64,000 bases of DNA, taken from the NCBI GenBank assembly GCA_021817785.1, contig JAKAFY010000002.1, forward strand, positions 11,750 through 75,749, in the 5' to 3' direction. Below are positions 43,001-52,338 of this stretch, one piece after another. Positions within the stretch are counted from its first letter, which is position 1; each line of letters starts with the position of its first letter. Made by a program: the position numbers and the translations under genes. The DNA comes from a bacterium. Its GTDB lineage: Bacteria; Patescibacteriota; Microgenomatia; UBA10105; UBA927. Under the pieces are notes generated by a model. That model saw only the letters and a list, made by a program, of their open reading frames with translations, was not told where the DNA came from and made no database searches.

Positions 43001-46000
43001 GTTTGCCTCTGATACATTATTCGTTTTTCCCAGGAAGTAGTCCCATACGCCGCCCTTCCCAAGCTCTCCACCGGATATAGTCATCGGCTCGGTTACCGTC
43101 GAAGACGGCAGCACATCCGGATTTGTGACGCCGGATGCCGGGACGACGTTCGAAGCTGTGTGGACGTTTGTGGATTTCCAATCAAGGCCGTGTGCATGGA
43201 GCTGGTCGGTAATCCGCTGTAATTCAGTCGGGGTTCCCTGAAAGTTTCCTGTGCCATCAAATTTTACCGTCGTAACGACGGTATGGTTGGGGTCAAGAAT
43301 CTGCCAGTCATGATGGTCCGGGACGTAATGTATCGTGTAATCGGGAGGGAGATTGATGGCCAGCCGATCGACCCCTGCGGGGGCAGTAAGGTTTGGAATA
43401 GTGGGGGAATCATAGGTAAAAGAGCCTGGTTCACCGGCCGGATGTGCGTTTACCATATGGAGTCCTGCGTTGTGTAACGTGTCGGTCAACTGTTGCGGAC
43501 TCATGTCGTGCCCCAGGGTAATGTCGTGCACCGGACCATTGACGTGAAATGCCGCGTCGTAGGTTACCACGCGTTCGTCCGGTCCGCCGGTGACATGCTG
43601 TACGATATCGATTTCTTTGGGTAGTTGATATGTTTGGTTGCCGATGAGGACGGTGTGGTCCGCGGATGGGGGAGAGATCGGAACCGTTTCGGTACGTGTA
43701 CTTATCGGACTAAAGGTAGCCGGTTCGGTGCTGTTTTGTATCGTATCTTTAGCATGCTGAGTGGCGGTGTGGACCGCATCGGTAACCTGAGCATTGTGTG
43801 CAAGTGCTTCGACTCCCTGAATTGCTGCTCCTACGGCGGCACCGATGACACCGGCTTTCACGCCGTATTTGACCGCTTCCAATCTCGCCTCATTATTAAA
43901 CTCGGCAAGGATCGCATCCATACCCATGGCTTTTTCATCCGGTGTCGTTTGGCGTCCCGCAAACGGCCACCGGCGTTTGATCATATCTGCTTCCGGAGCG
44001 TATTGAGAGACGAAACCAAGCGTTGCTTTGACCGGGTCGTCAAAACTATCCATTTTACCGATGCCGTCTTTCAAAATTTGGGTCTGTGCAACGGTAAGTT
44101 TTTCCATGAATTCTGGGAATGCATTGCCGCCGAGTACGTTGTCTAATTTACCTAGGTCACTTAGGTGACTTAGGTCATTTAAGACATTTGAAGCCATAAT
44201 ATCGAGCGCCGCCCGTTCGCTTTCTATCCCTTCCCGGCTGGAATATTGGACCAGTCCGATGCGTTTGGGACCAACCTCACTTATGGCTTTGCGGGCGTGG
44301 AGATCGGCAACAGTCGCAAACGCGGTACGGAGTTCGTCGTCGGTAAGTGTCGTTTTCAGCACCGGCATGCCGCCATCTGCGGGCGTTTCATACAGACTGG
44401 ATTGCATGGTGTGCATCATTTCATTGGCGCTTCGCTGTTTCACACTAAAGCGTTCGAACCATGCACGGCGTTTCATGGTATCCGTAAATTGTGTCCCTGC
44501 CTCGCGTTCCCGCAGGTGCGTAAGATAATCTTTCTGGAGCTGGCCGTATTCTTTCCATCCGGCAAATACACCGCCCGCCAGTGCTCCTCCGGTAATATTT
44601 CCGATCGGTCCGCCGATAATGCGGAATGGAGTCGTTTTTAAAAAGTTCAGCGCGGATAATGCTATGGCGACGCCGGAACCGATCGTCGCTTCGTTAAACA
44701 CCATCGGCACGATGACATTTTTCTTATTGAGCCATTCATAGACTTCGCGCACCCTGCCGATACCGCGTTCGACGGCTGTGGGCTCCAAGCTCGTGACTTC
44801 TCCCATGGCACCCAACCCCAGCCGGATCTGGAGTCCGGACATGGCCTGGTCGATATTGGCAAGTCCTGCCTCATGCGACATTTTATTCCGGAGCATTTCT
44901 GCCGCATCAAAAAGACTCGAACTATATAATTCTGCTTCAGCAAATACATCCGGACGGACATTTTTGAGCGTCGCATTGAAGAATTCTTTTGTTCGTTTAT
45001 CAAACTCTGTTTTGTCCGCTATCTCGCCGGTGGCGTACTGTTTGAGTAATCCTTGTATCCCTTCCACTAATGGTTTGTGTTCTTCTTTGGTGGCATCCAA
45101 AATTTCCAGTTTTTCTCCGAGCTGGGTGCGGACAAACTGATCGGCTTTGTCCATGTCTTGGGAGAAACGCATACGTACCGCTTTTGCTTCCCGTTCAAAG
45201 ATTTCCGCGCCTTTAAGCTCTCCTGCGGCCTTCATGACGCCTATTTCTTCCAGTGCCATGTTTTGGATGGCGCTCCTCATACCGAGCTTATCTTTGAGCC
45301 AATCGATGGCCTTGGTGCCGGCACGTACGATGAAATTGGCATCGTTTAATTTTTTGTTGTACCGTTCGGTGGCCCGGGCTTCTGCCAGGCGGATGGATTG
45401 TTCGGCAAACGGCGTTTCTGCAGTTTTTAACATGTCCATGTAGTATTCCCGCGCCCGCTCATGGAAGTAGATGCCACCGATACTTTGTTTCCAAAGCGAG
45501 GTAAAGACAAACTCATGCACTGCGTGCGCGCCTTCTTTGGTTTTGTCCCAAAGGTTTTTGGTAGCAGCGGCACGCTCGGTCATTTGCGGCGTCGTCATTT
45601 TTTGCATCGCCCGGTCGGCCAGATCCAGTGCGCGGGTTTCATACGCCCGTAACCCGACGATCGTGATGGTATTCGGGTCTTCTGTCAGCGTTTCCAATAC
45701 TTTGCGGGCTTCTTTGGATGGCGTTGGTGTGGCAGGTATTGCCTCTTCTTGCGGCGCTTCCGGCTGTTCTGCAAGTTGTTCCTGCGGTATTTCCGTTTCC
45801 GGAAGGGGAGGTTCCGTCACTTCCTGCGGTAATGCTCCTTCAGCCGGATTGCCGGATTCATCCGGGGGCGTAAGATCTGCCGATACGTCTGATGTGCCTT
45901 TCGGCGTTTCATTATTATCTCCCGGTTGTATGGGAGTCTCTTGTTGGGTATCGGCGGGCGCATCAGCCGGAGACGGCTCGCTGGAGACAGCAGGTTCTGC

Positions 46001-46357
46001 GCCGGCCGCCGGTTGTTCTAATGCTAATGCTTCTTTCGGAATGATGTGCGCTACTCCCGCCTCATCTGTCCACTGGATGCCGGATATTTTGTCCCATGCC
46101 ATCTGGTCCATGGTGTCGACGTGGATGACTGGTTTGTCAATGATTTTGCCTTCCTCACCCTTTTTTCTGCTGGGCTCCCGGACCATAAGGACGCTGCTTT
46201 CGACGCCGGACGGAGAGCGCTTGTCCGATGATTGTATGACGACCGATGTGACCTCCGTGTCGCCCACTTTGATCGGGGTTTTAAGGTACAGCGGCGTCTC
46301 TCCCACAACGATTTGTTGCGGAATATGCATTTCCTGTGTCGGGATAGGGTCAGGCAT
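40061..46357 (-). CDS. giant (2098 aa) multidomain protein
   Basis: Continuous 6.3 kb ORF with a Pro/Glu-rich low-complexity linker near the N-terminus, several Gly/Ala-rich hydrophobic stretches, and a possible degenerate GT-A-like region (VITFPTSSAG...ELIVYDINP...LLLTDNTV). It contains the in-frame TTAGGTGAC repeat. Confidence 0.7.
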   Translation of the reverse strand: MPDPIPTQEMHIPQQIVVGETPLYLKTPIKVGDTEVTSVVIQSSDKRSPSGVESSVLMVREPSRKKGEEGKIIDKPVIHVDTMDQMAWDKISGIQWTDEAGVAHIIPKEALALEQPAAGAEPAVSSEPSPADAPADTQQETPIQPGDNNETPKGTSDVSADLTPPDESGNPAEGALPQEVTEPPLPETEIPQEQLAEQPEAPQEEAIPATPTPSKEARKVLETLTEDPNTITIVGLRAYETRALDLADRAMQKMTTPQMTERAAATKNLWDKTKEGAHAVHEFVFTSLWKQSIGGIYFHERAREYYMDMLKTAETPFAEQSIRLAEARATERYNKKLNDANFIVRAGTKAIDWLKDKLGMRSAIQNMALEEIGVMKAAGELKGAEIFEREAKAVRMRFSQDMDKADQFVRTQLGEKLEILDATKEEHKPLVEGIQGLLKQYATGEIADKTEFDKRTKEFFNATLKNVRPDVFAEAELYSSSLFDAAEMLRNKMSHEAGLANIDQAMSGLQIRLGLGAMGEVTSLEPTAVERGIGRVREVYEWLNKKNVIVPMVFNEATIGSGVAIALSALNFLKTTPFRIIGGPIGNITGGALAGGVFAGWKEYGQLQKDYLTHLREREAGTQFTDTMKRRAWFERFSVKQRSANEMMHTMQSSLYETPADGGMPVLKTTLTDDELRTAFATVADLHARKAISEVGPKRIGLVQYSSREGIESERAALDIMASNVLNDLSHLSDLGKLDNVLGGNAFPEFMEKLTVAQTQILKDGIGKMDSFDDPVKATLGFVSQYAPEADMIKRRWPFAGRQTTPDEKAMGMDAILAEFNNEARLEAVKYGVKAGVIGAAVGAAIQGVEALAHNAQVTDAVHTATQHAKDTIQNSTEPATFSPISTRTETVPISPPSADHTVLIGNQTYQLPKEIDIVQHVTGGPDERVVTYDAAFHVNGPVHDITLGHDMSPQQLTDTLHNAGLHMVNAHPAGEPGSFTYDSPTIPNLTAPAGVDRLAINLPPDYTIHYVPDHHDWQILDPNHTVVTTVKFDGTGNFQGTPTELQRITDQLHAHGLDWKSTNVHTASNVVPASGVTNPDVLPSSTVTEPMTISGGELGKGGVWDYFLGKTNNVSEANAFKNMFRMYAHDHMDKVIDIPNDSPHANFFDAIKHPENFRHATFGDATHGGIGPTSEMDLSRIPNDATIHVDPKVFGPDGIKEFAKIQHQALIDYQKELAKSAGPLDAIQHLYDKGGESRYEAIALKLGYVGQDNQLPNPTDLTSFMARLSGTAPHTTPVVGAPVVEAPTATHNLISITPSYPTAEVAHIGPVIGNTIKIPYTLPSEMTQVHDAVAAQTVQAHDAAATQAIHAGDMLDRGVRDMAARDYVAAAGSSVGRSTEDFATRHIGQVFSEFNTAATHTATAVAGEIPWFPVILPVRSVLEAAPMEALPSEVAPSAETFYFPLGNEGAFISKETMDSRKSPRLTENPQAKLSQSEEIAWYLSQLPQEDTNILSGLVAQHDAPIAPDVRTVITFPTSSAGTGIGQRLAQYTNQTTKDGAPLDLKKVELIVYDINPAAESTVKTDVDTFMTEHPDAHVVYLSHTYDGDLKSGRIKRDLSNYVLSRLGTLPADHPDVLLLTDNTVPGMTVQPTYVAGLIDAADANPTVDIISGANELPAEAFTQYPMLFASHRAFELFDAFVRHGDTGSIPNVYSGNMAIRAGSLAAVGGYHADSPGAEDRELSWMMRSARGSGDGIQIIPEMRTTIDPKETIYYQYLQPMGLAEQVPLEKNDTYKDMSWSDMAQKATESYTKEQLEANLSNMYATLYPSLKAANPARFDGYFKRTMDALGIQYEVKDDKVLITDMTSLSANMGAEIDTEAFAKQAASEVVEATKPEPATAREALENVAGSSSEASATEGPADLSAEASAKAETMASSISSPDVTSTQNQGTPEVAMPAPSREMLPEGVEDRMHYILDRSKEQTSAVMDVTTGELMDYLKSSLHMAGNTRITEGKITLDGNTAKLVDMKAKSPIFGEAAFSGTLITDPQKGLVVEPNSLHMDLPILMKVVSGTIHHQLNNFNDIVLQHLDKKISRTWKADRIDVVGEKIEVRFAKQTK

Positions 46358-46363
46358 ATATGG

Positions 46364-46726
46364 TTAATTACTTTTGGGTGGCTCAGCACCCAGGTACAAA
46401 CTGCGAAAATCGGCAAAAATCTGTGCGACCAATATATCCGGCTCGTTGACATATTTCGTGATAAAGGCATTGACCTGTTCCGGCGCCGGGTTGGTTTTAA
46501 TGAGATCAGACAGCTCATGTACCGCTTCGGGGTTGGCCGTGCTGATCATTTCGATCGTACGAAGGGTGAGGTATTGGTTCAATCGATCGGTTAGTTCCCG
46601 TTTGATGTCAGTAACCGCGGCTTCATCGGGGAGGCGGTCGCCGAATTTTTGGGTAATGAGTTCTTCGATAAACGTGTTGATGGCAGGTAATGATACATCC
46701 ATGGTTAGTATGTCATTCTCGCGCAT
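46364..46726 (-). CDS. small acidic helical hypothetical protein
   Basis: 120-aa ORF whose stop lies 6 nt before the giant gene start. Glu/Asp-rich. Confidence 0.4.
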   Translation of the reverse strand: MRENDILTMDVSLPAINTFIEELITQKFGDRLPDEAAVTDIKRELTDRLNQYLTLRTIEMISTANPEAVHELSDLIKTNPAPEQVNAFITKYVNEPDILVAQIFADFRSLYLGAEPPKSN

Positions 46727-47012
46727 GCGGGAATCCAGCGTATAATAAACTGGATCCCCGATCAGGTCGGGGATGACAAATGTTGTACTATATCCACACT
46801 ACGGGGTTTGGTGAGGGCCTGTCAAGGAGGCCAAAACTATAAAGAAATACTATCAACTAAATCAAAGTAGCCCAATTATTATTCGGAATGATACGGTTGT
46901 TGGGGAAGAAGAGGTAGGTTTGGTACGTTTCGTATGTGTAGTAGGATTGGGAATATTCACATGTGTTATCTGACTAAACCTACTAAACTTCTCAACCTAC
47001 GTAGTTTTTTTG

Positions 47013-47387
47013 TTAGCTCGCTTTTGCACTTCCCGTCCATTCCAGCTTCACATCTTGTTTGATGACTTTATCCGCAAGCATTTGTGCCTCTTTGTATTGT
47101 CCCTGCCGGATGAGGTGCTGCACTTCGACCGCGGCTTTTTGGGTGACGCCCTGTTCGTAATCCCGAAGGTAGGGGATGATGATGTGGGAAATTTCGGTAA
47201 ACGTATCGTCCAGATGGGGAAGCGTCTTGTATAAATCTTCCAGGCTCATGCCGGGCTTTAATTTCTCCAAGATCATCTGTGCCAGTTGCTGAGCGCGTTC
47301 TTCACTCATCTCCTCGGCTTCCACCTTGGCTTTGATAAGGTCGACAATACTGGCCTCTATTTGTTCACGGATATCATCGGGGGACAT
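47013..47387 (-). CDS. small acidic helical hypothetical protein
   Basis: 124 aa, Glu/Lys-rich, with a similar character to the 46364 gene. Confidence 0.4.
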   Translation of the reverse strand: MSPDDIREQIEASIVDLIKAKVEAEEMSEERAQQLAQMILEKLKPGMSLEDLYKTLPHLDDTFTEISHIIIPYLRDYEQGVTQKAAVEVQHLIRQGQYKEAQMLADKVIKQDVKLEWTGSAKAS

Positions 47388-47438
47388 GAGATTAGTATTG
47401 CGTATCAGGTGTCAAGTATCAAGGGGGCGACGTGTCTT

Positions 47439-48341
47439 TTATGGACTGTGCCGTATGGCTTTACTTGAGACCGATTTGGTCTGACGTATGGTAATGGGGA
47501 TGCTCTGGATAATCTTTTTTTGTGCGGAGACTGCGTCTAATTTGTGTAGCAGCCCATCCATTGCCTCCGGAACGGCGCCGTACAGGATTTGTTTGATCTG
47601 GTCGTTGCTCAAACTCTGCCAGTTATGTACTTCTTTGATGAGTACCGGCTGCTGATACGGATCAGTTTGGAGGAAAACCCTCAGCGGAACACTGCCGTCA
47701 TACAGGCTGGTGCCGCCGTTCCAGATGGATATGCCGCCGGCAGTGGTGAGGATAGCCTGGGCTCCGTGGTTTTCGATGATTTTGTTGACGTCCTCCATCT
47801 CGTATGGCCGCATCTTGGCTGCTATCCGTACCAGCACGGTAGAAGGATGCGCATCCGGGTTTTTCATGTCAATGGCAGTGAGTCCGGTGCAGATTTCTAT
47901 GTTTTTACCGGAAAGAGCCATGGCGCCTTTTTCCCGATCCCGGAACCAGGACACCAAATCCCTGGGTTTTTCCAGTACGACGGACGTTTCATCCGAGGTG
48001 TCTCCTGCGTATGCAATACTTATCGTGTCCGAATACATCCTGAGGTGCCTGCCCTCGGTGGCGCTGCCGATTTCTTTGATAATATTTTGGCCGGCAAGTT
48101 CGTTGGTGGCGGCGATGACAAAAAGCGCACTGATGTCCTGGAAGGCTTTTTGTTTGGCCATTTCCATGGGCCATTCCGCCGGCTGAACATTGAGCGGCTG
48201 CTCCATGAGTTCTTCGGTAAATCCGGGTTTGACCTGCCGGACTTTCGTTTGGGGAAGCAGTAGTTCCCAGGAGTGGGTGCGCGCGGAGGAAGATGTGACG
48301 AAATCTACTTGACCGACGGTTTTAAATTGTTCTACTCCCAT
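47439..48341 (-). CDS. hypothetical protein
   Basis: 300-aa soluble protein with no confidently recognisable domain. Confidence 0.4.
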   Translation of the reverse strand: MGVEQFKTVGQVDFVTSSSARTHSWELLLPQTKVRQVKPGFTEELMEQPLNVQPAEWPMEMAKQKAFQDISALFVIAATNELAGQNIIKEIGSATEGRHLRMYSDTISIAYAGDTSDETSVVLEKPRDLVSWFRDREKGAMALSGKNIEICTGLTAIDMKNPDAHPSTVLVRIAAKMRPYEMEDVNKIIENHGAQAILTTAGGISIWNGGTSLYDGSVPLRVFLQTDPYQQPVLIKEVHNWQSLSNDQIKQILYGAVPEAMDGLLHKLDAVSAQKKIIQSIPITIRQTKSVSSKAIRHSP

Positions 48342-48562
48342 GCTGATTGGCGCATTGGCCTTCTGGGCAGAAGTCCTTCATGTATGTATACAAACCAAAA
48401 AACTCACGATTTGTACGAAACCTCACTCGTGAATTTTCCTCTTTCTTTATACACTCTCGGGGTGGGGAGTGGTCAACTGGGAATAAGTAGGAGAATCTCT
48501 ATCAAACTGGGGCAATATTTTCTTCTGGCAAATACTTTGCCGTATTGGTAAGATAAGACCCT

Positions 48563-49849
48563 ATGCATACACAACCATTTATAAAAAAAGTATTACCAAA
48601 CGGCGTGCGGCTATTGCTCGTGCCTGTTCCCAGCGTCAATAGTGTGGCCTCTGCCGTCCTCGTCGGTGTGGGGAGCCGGTATGAAACACCGGACATAAAC
48701 GGCATTTCCCATTTCCTCGAGCATATGGTGTTTAAAGGAACGGCAAAATATCCCACGATGGACGACGTGACGGTGATCGAACGCGTCGGTGGGCTTCAGA
48801 ATGCCTATACCGATATTGATGTCACTAACTACCACAACAAAGTATTGGCGGAAGATTGGGAGTTGGGGCTCGAGATCAATAAAGAATTGGCCCTCCACCC
48901 CAGGCTGGAAGAACAGTGGGTGGACAAGGAACGCGATGTCATCATCGAAGAAATGAAGCGCTATGACGATGAGCCGGCCGCCAAAGTGGAAGAAACGTTC
49001 CACGGCATGTTGTATCGCGGCACCAAACTCGGGATGCGGATCATCGGCGAGGAAGCGAGCTTGAGACGAGTAGCGAGTAGCGAGCTTCGGTCGTATCACG
49101 ACGTCTGGTATATGCCGGAAAAAACGGTGGTGATAGCAGCAGGCAATATAGACGGGAAGCGGGTGTCGAGTATCGAGGGTCGGGTATCCGAATGGTTTTC
49201 CGATATGAAAGGCAGGGCACAGGGGGATATAGAGATGGTAAAAGAAACGCAGACCGCTCCAAAATTGGAAGTGGTGACGAAACCCGACGCACAGCAGGCA
49301 CATCTGGTCATAGGACTTCGGACCTTTGCCCGTGGCAGCGAGGACCGGTTTGCCTGGGGGGTATTTAACCTGTTGATGGGTGTGGGATTTACCTCACGTC
49401 TGTTTAAAGAAGTACGCGAAAAGCGGGGGCTCTGCTATCATGTGAGAAGCGAAAGCTCCGCATTTGCGGACGTCGGGTACTGGGACATTTACGCCGGGGT
49501 GGCCACTGCCAAAGTGGAGGAAGCGACACAGGCGATACTCAGTGAATTATCCAAAGCCGCAGACAAAGGGGTGACGGAAGACGAAGTCACTGTCGCCAAA
49601 AAGCGGCTAAAGACGGTGCTGGCATTCCGGAGTGAAGATCCGGAGTTTTTTACCGAATGGTACGGCCGGCAGGAAGTGTACAATCAGCCGTTGATGACGC
49701 TTGAAGAGTATATCAAAAAGATAGATAACGTATCGAAAGAAGACATACATCGGTTAGTGAGACACTATTTCAAAACCGAAACGCTCAACATGGCACTCGT
49801 CTGGAGCAAAGGGCGGGAAGAAAAATTACTTCAATTGCTGCATATATAA
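48563..49849 (+). CDS. M16 family zinc peptidase (insulinase-like)
   Basis: Inverted zinc motif HFLEHMVFKGT (HxxEH), with the downstream Glu region EEMKRYDDEPAAKVEE. Confidence 0.85.
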   Translation: MHTQPFIKKVLPNGVRLLLVPVPSVNSVASAVLVGVGSRYETPDINGISHFLEHMVFKGTAKYPTMDDVTVIERVGGLQNAYTDIDVTNYHNKVLAEDWELGLEINKELALHPRLEEQWVDKERDVIIEEMKRYDDEPAAKVEETFHGMLYRGTKLGMRIIGEEASLRRVASSELRSYHDVWYMPEKTVVIAAGNIDGKRVSSIEGRVSEWFSDMKGRAQGDIEMVKETQTAPKLEVVTKPDAQQAHLVIGLRTFARGSEDRFAWGVFNLLMGVGFTSRLFKEVREKRGLCYHVRSESSAFADVGYWDIYAGVATAKVEEATQAILSELSKAADKGVTEDEVTVAKKRLKTVLAFRSEDPEFFTEWYGRQEVYNQPLMTLEEYIKKIDNVSKEDIHRLVRHYFKTETLNMALVWSKGREEKLLQLLHI

Positions 49850-49852
49850 TAT

Positions 49853-50134
49853 ATGGGATCCGTTGAGATGCATGAAGTTCCTCGAGGTACTCGGTGCGTT
49901 ATCTGCGGTTCAGCTGCAGATAAATTTTTGGGAGGAAGGGTGTGCGATAAAGTCATGCAGGTTTCCGTAACGGTTATAACGGATATTTCAGGGCATAAAT
50001 ATATTCATTCGCTCATGCCGCCAGAGCATAGATATATGCGGCATAGAGGACGGGTAGATAAGCTACTCCCCATGCATCCTCGATCGTGCGCTCCGAAAGA
50101 TGGAGGGCAAAAGATGCCGTGTATGCGCATATAA
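49853..50134 (+). CDS. small hypothetical protein
   Basis: 93-aa Cys-containing ORF with no recognisable domain. Confidence 0.2.
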   Translation: MGSVEMHEVPRGTRCVICGSAADKFLGGRVCDKVMQVSVTVITDISGHKYIHSLMPPEHRYMRHRGRVDKLLPMHPRSCAPKDGGQKMPCMRI

Positions 50135-50215
50135 ATTGTTAATTTCGTGCCTCGCTTTAAAATGACGGGGTTAGAACACACTTGGTCTATTTTATTGTGA
50201 TAATTTGCATATTTT

Positions 50216-50578
50216 GTGTGGGTTTTATATACTCTCGCGATGGCATTGGGATTAGAAACATATACACGCCGTCAAATCTTAGGGGTTGATGCGGTGTTGC
50301 TAGAAGAAAGATTAACAGATCTTGCTCGTAGCTTTCGCCTGACACCAGGTCAATACAAAGCTGCGAGGAGTTATGGTGCCGATAGAGCTGCCTCAGTAAC
50401 AGCAAGAACAGCTGAGTTACAAATGCAGGCATTTTTACGTTCTGTAGGACCGCGTTTGGCCACATTGGGGAGGCTTGATGATGATGGAACATTGTTGGAT
50501 GAATACCTGCCTGCTGCCGAACTTATTATTCTTAAAAGCGTACGAAAATCCCATGCGTTAGTAAATGAGTCGGACTGA
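50216..50578 (+). CDS. hypothetical protein
   Basis: 120-aa ORF with no recognisable domain. Confidence 0.3.
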   Translation: MWVLYTLAMALGLETYTRRQILGVDAVLLEERLTDLARSFRLTPGQYKAARSYGADRAASVTARTAELQMQAFLRSVGPRLATLGRLDDDGTLLDEYLPAAELIILKSVRKSHALVNESD

Positions 50579-50664
50579 TTAAGTAGCAAAAGACCATTCA
50601 GTAGAAGATATAGAAATAGAATTCCCCTTGAATTAAAAACTACTATAGGGTATAATAGCCTTCT

Positions 50665-51297
50665 GTGACTCCTACTATACTCGCCATCGTAGGAAAGCCT
50701 CTCGCCGGCAAAGATACCCAAGCCGACTTACTTGTGGCAGCCCACCCCGAAGCCGTCAAAATTTCCACCGGCCATATCCTGCGCGCCGTGCGTGAAGAAG
50801 GGGAGACGCATCGGTTTTGGCCGATTGTAGGGCACCTGATGCCCATGATGGAAGCCGGCCTCAAATTGCCGGATCCCGAGGTCATCGAGATGCTGGGGCG
50901 CGCAATCAGTGAGCAAGTGGCGGAAGGCAAAACACTGTTGGTTATCGCAGGTTCCCCGCGCAGCATTGAGCAGCTGGAAAGCTTTGAAGGGATGGCAAAC
51001 GCGATAGACGGTAAGCTCGTGGTCGTCCATGTCAACGCAACAGATGCCGAAACCTACCGACGAAGCGCCAGCCGCAACGAGGGAAGGGTGGATGATACGC
51101 CGGAGGTGCATGCCGTGCGCCTGAAAGAATACGAAACACATGTCGTGCCGATGGTAGAAAAGTTACGTGCCGACCACAATATAGTGGATATAGACGGGAT
51201 GAAGTCCATAGAGTCCGTATTCCGTGATATGGAACACGTGGTCCGCACCCGCATCCTGGACCCCGAAGTTGCTTTGCCCCGCATGGCCAGGCGGTAA
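50665..51297 (+). CDS. adenylate kinase-like NMP kinase (paralog 1) with an atypical P-loop
   Basis: ILAIVGKPLAGKDTQA...ISTGHILRAV, GSPRSIEQ, and RVDDTPE LID-like motifs match Adk architecture. The P-loop GKDT replaces the canonical GKGT. Confidence 0.7.
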   Translation: MTPTILAIVGKPLAGKDTQADLLVAAHPEAVKISTGHILRAVREEGETHRFWPIVGHLMPMMEAGLKLPDPEVIEMLGRAISEQVAEGKTLLVIAGSPRSIEQLESFEGMANAIDGKLVVVHVNATDAETYRRSASRNEGRVDDTPEVHAVRLKEYETHVVPMVEKLRADHNIVDIDGMKSIESVFRDMEHVVRTRILDPEVALPRMARR

Positions 51298-51306
51298 TTC
51301 ACCCGT

Positions 51307-51948
51307 ATGAAACAGCAACCCACCATCATATCTATACTCGGCCGTCCTATGTCCGGCAAAGACACGCAGGCGGCGTTTCTGAAAGAACGCTATCCCGAGG
51401 CAGTCATCCTGTCTACCGGGGCCATGATCCGAGAGGTAAAAGAAACCGGTCCTTCGCATCGGTTTTGGCCCATATTGGGGCAGGAAATAGAGGTCATGGA
51501 CAAAGGCATACTCATCTCCGAAGACGCCATAAACCAGGTGTTTGAACGGGTGGTACACGAGCAGTTGGAAGCCGGAAAAACGCTGATTATCGCTACCGCT
51601 CACCCGCGGACACCAAAGGAGTTGCAGTCGTTTGACGCTATGCTTGCCCGCGAAGGCTTGCAGTTTATCGGGATACATTTGCAGACGTCAGAAGCGTATA
51701 TGCGCAAGCTTCACAAAACGCGGGACGGGAGCAACCGCGCAGATGACGATGTGGCTGTGCTGGATACGCGGACACAGGAATTTGAACACCGTACCAAGCC
51801 CGTTATAGATGCCCTGCGCAGCGAAGGACGCATTGCAGATATCGACGGGGAGGCTTCGAAAGAAATTGTCTATTCACGCGTTTTGGATGTCGTACGTCCG
51901 GCGTTGGGGGATCCTGAAATTACGTTGCCCATGATGGCAAGGAGATAA
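51307..51948 (+). CDS. adenylate kinase-like NMP kinase (paralog 2) with an atypical P-loop
   Basis: IISILGRPMSGKDTQA...LSTGAMIREV, AHPRTPKE, and RADDDVAV match Adk architecture. It lies 9 bp downstream of paralog 1. Confidence 0.7.
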   Translation: MKQQPTIISILGRPMSGKDTQAAFLKERYPEAVILSTGAMIREVKETGPSHRFWPILGQEIEVMDKGILISEDAINQVFERVVHEQLEAGKTLIIATAHPRTPKELQSFDAMLAREGLQFIGIHLQTSEAYMRKLHKTRDGSNRADDDVAVLDTRTQEFEHRTKPVIDALRSEGRIADIDGEASKEIVYSRVLDVVRPALGDPEITLPMMARR

Positions 51949-51951
51949 CAT

Positions 51952-52338
51952 ATGGGATTGATCGCAGAGGCAAGGTACATGACAAAAGAAGGAAAAGTGA
52001 CGATGGTACCGATCCAGATGAAAATGTCGCCAAAAAACATTTGGAAAATTGGTCCCAAACCGGTCATTCTTTTCAGGGATGACCGATATATGCCGGACTG
52101 CACGCTGCGTTGTAGCCGTACGGAGCATACAGTGTATGTGTACCCCCCGAGTGCAATCTATGAGATACGACCAGATAAGGCATTGCACGGCTTTGTCTAC
52201 GTGAAAATTATGCTTCCCGCCGTGGTTACCGTCCAAGCGGTGCACCCTGGATTCGCATCCACAAATGTACGATCAGGCATAACCTGGCAGATAGACGCAA
52301 AACCAAAAGAGACACATCTGATACGCAGAGAGCAATAA
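51952..52338 (+). CDS. hypothetical protein
   Basis: 128-aa ORF 3 bp after the second adk-like gene. Confidence 0.35.
   Translation: MGLIAEARYMTKEGKVTMVPIQMKMSPKNIWKIGPKPVILFRDDRYMPDCTLRCSRTEHTVYVYPPSAIYEIRPDKALHGFVYVKIMLPAVVTVQAVHPGFASTNVRSGITWQIDAKPKETHLIRREQ

Noticed and set aside
45471-46367. 298-aa plus-strand ORF antisense to the giant gene (and many other 60-170 aa ORFs inside or antisense to kup, the Nramp gene, the giant gene, and the large membrane protein)
   Set aside because: They overlap long, motif-supported genes on the opposite strand and have low-complexity Ser/Ala/Gly/Arg-rich translations typical of antisense frames in GC-rich coding DNA.
49050-49090. Possible third copy of the family-A CGAG-rich element in the M16 peptidase gene (GAAGCGAGCTTGAGACGAGTAGCGAGTAGCGAGCTTCGG)
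   Set aside because: The encoded segment (EEASLRRVASSELRSY) has the same length as the corresponding loop in M16 homologs, so there is no evidence of insertion. The similarity is limited to CGAG-rich composition and a CGAGTAG tandem.
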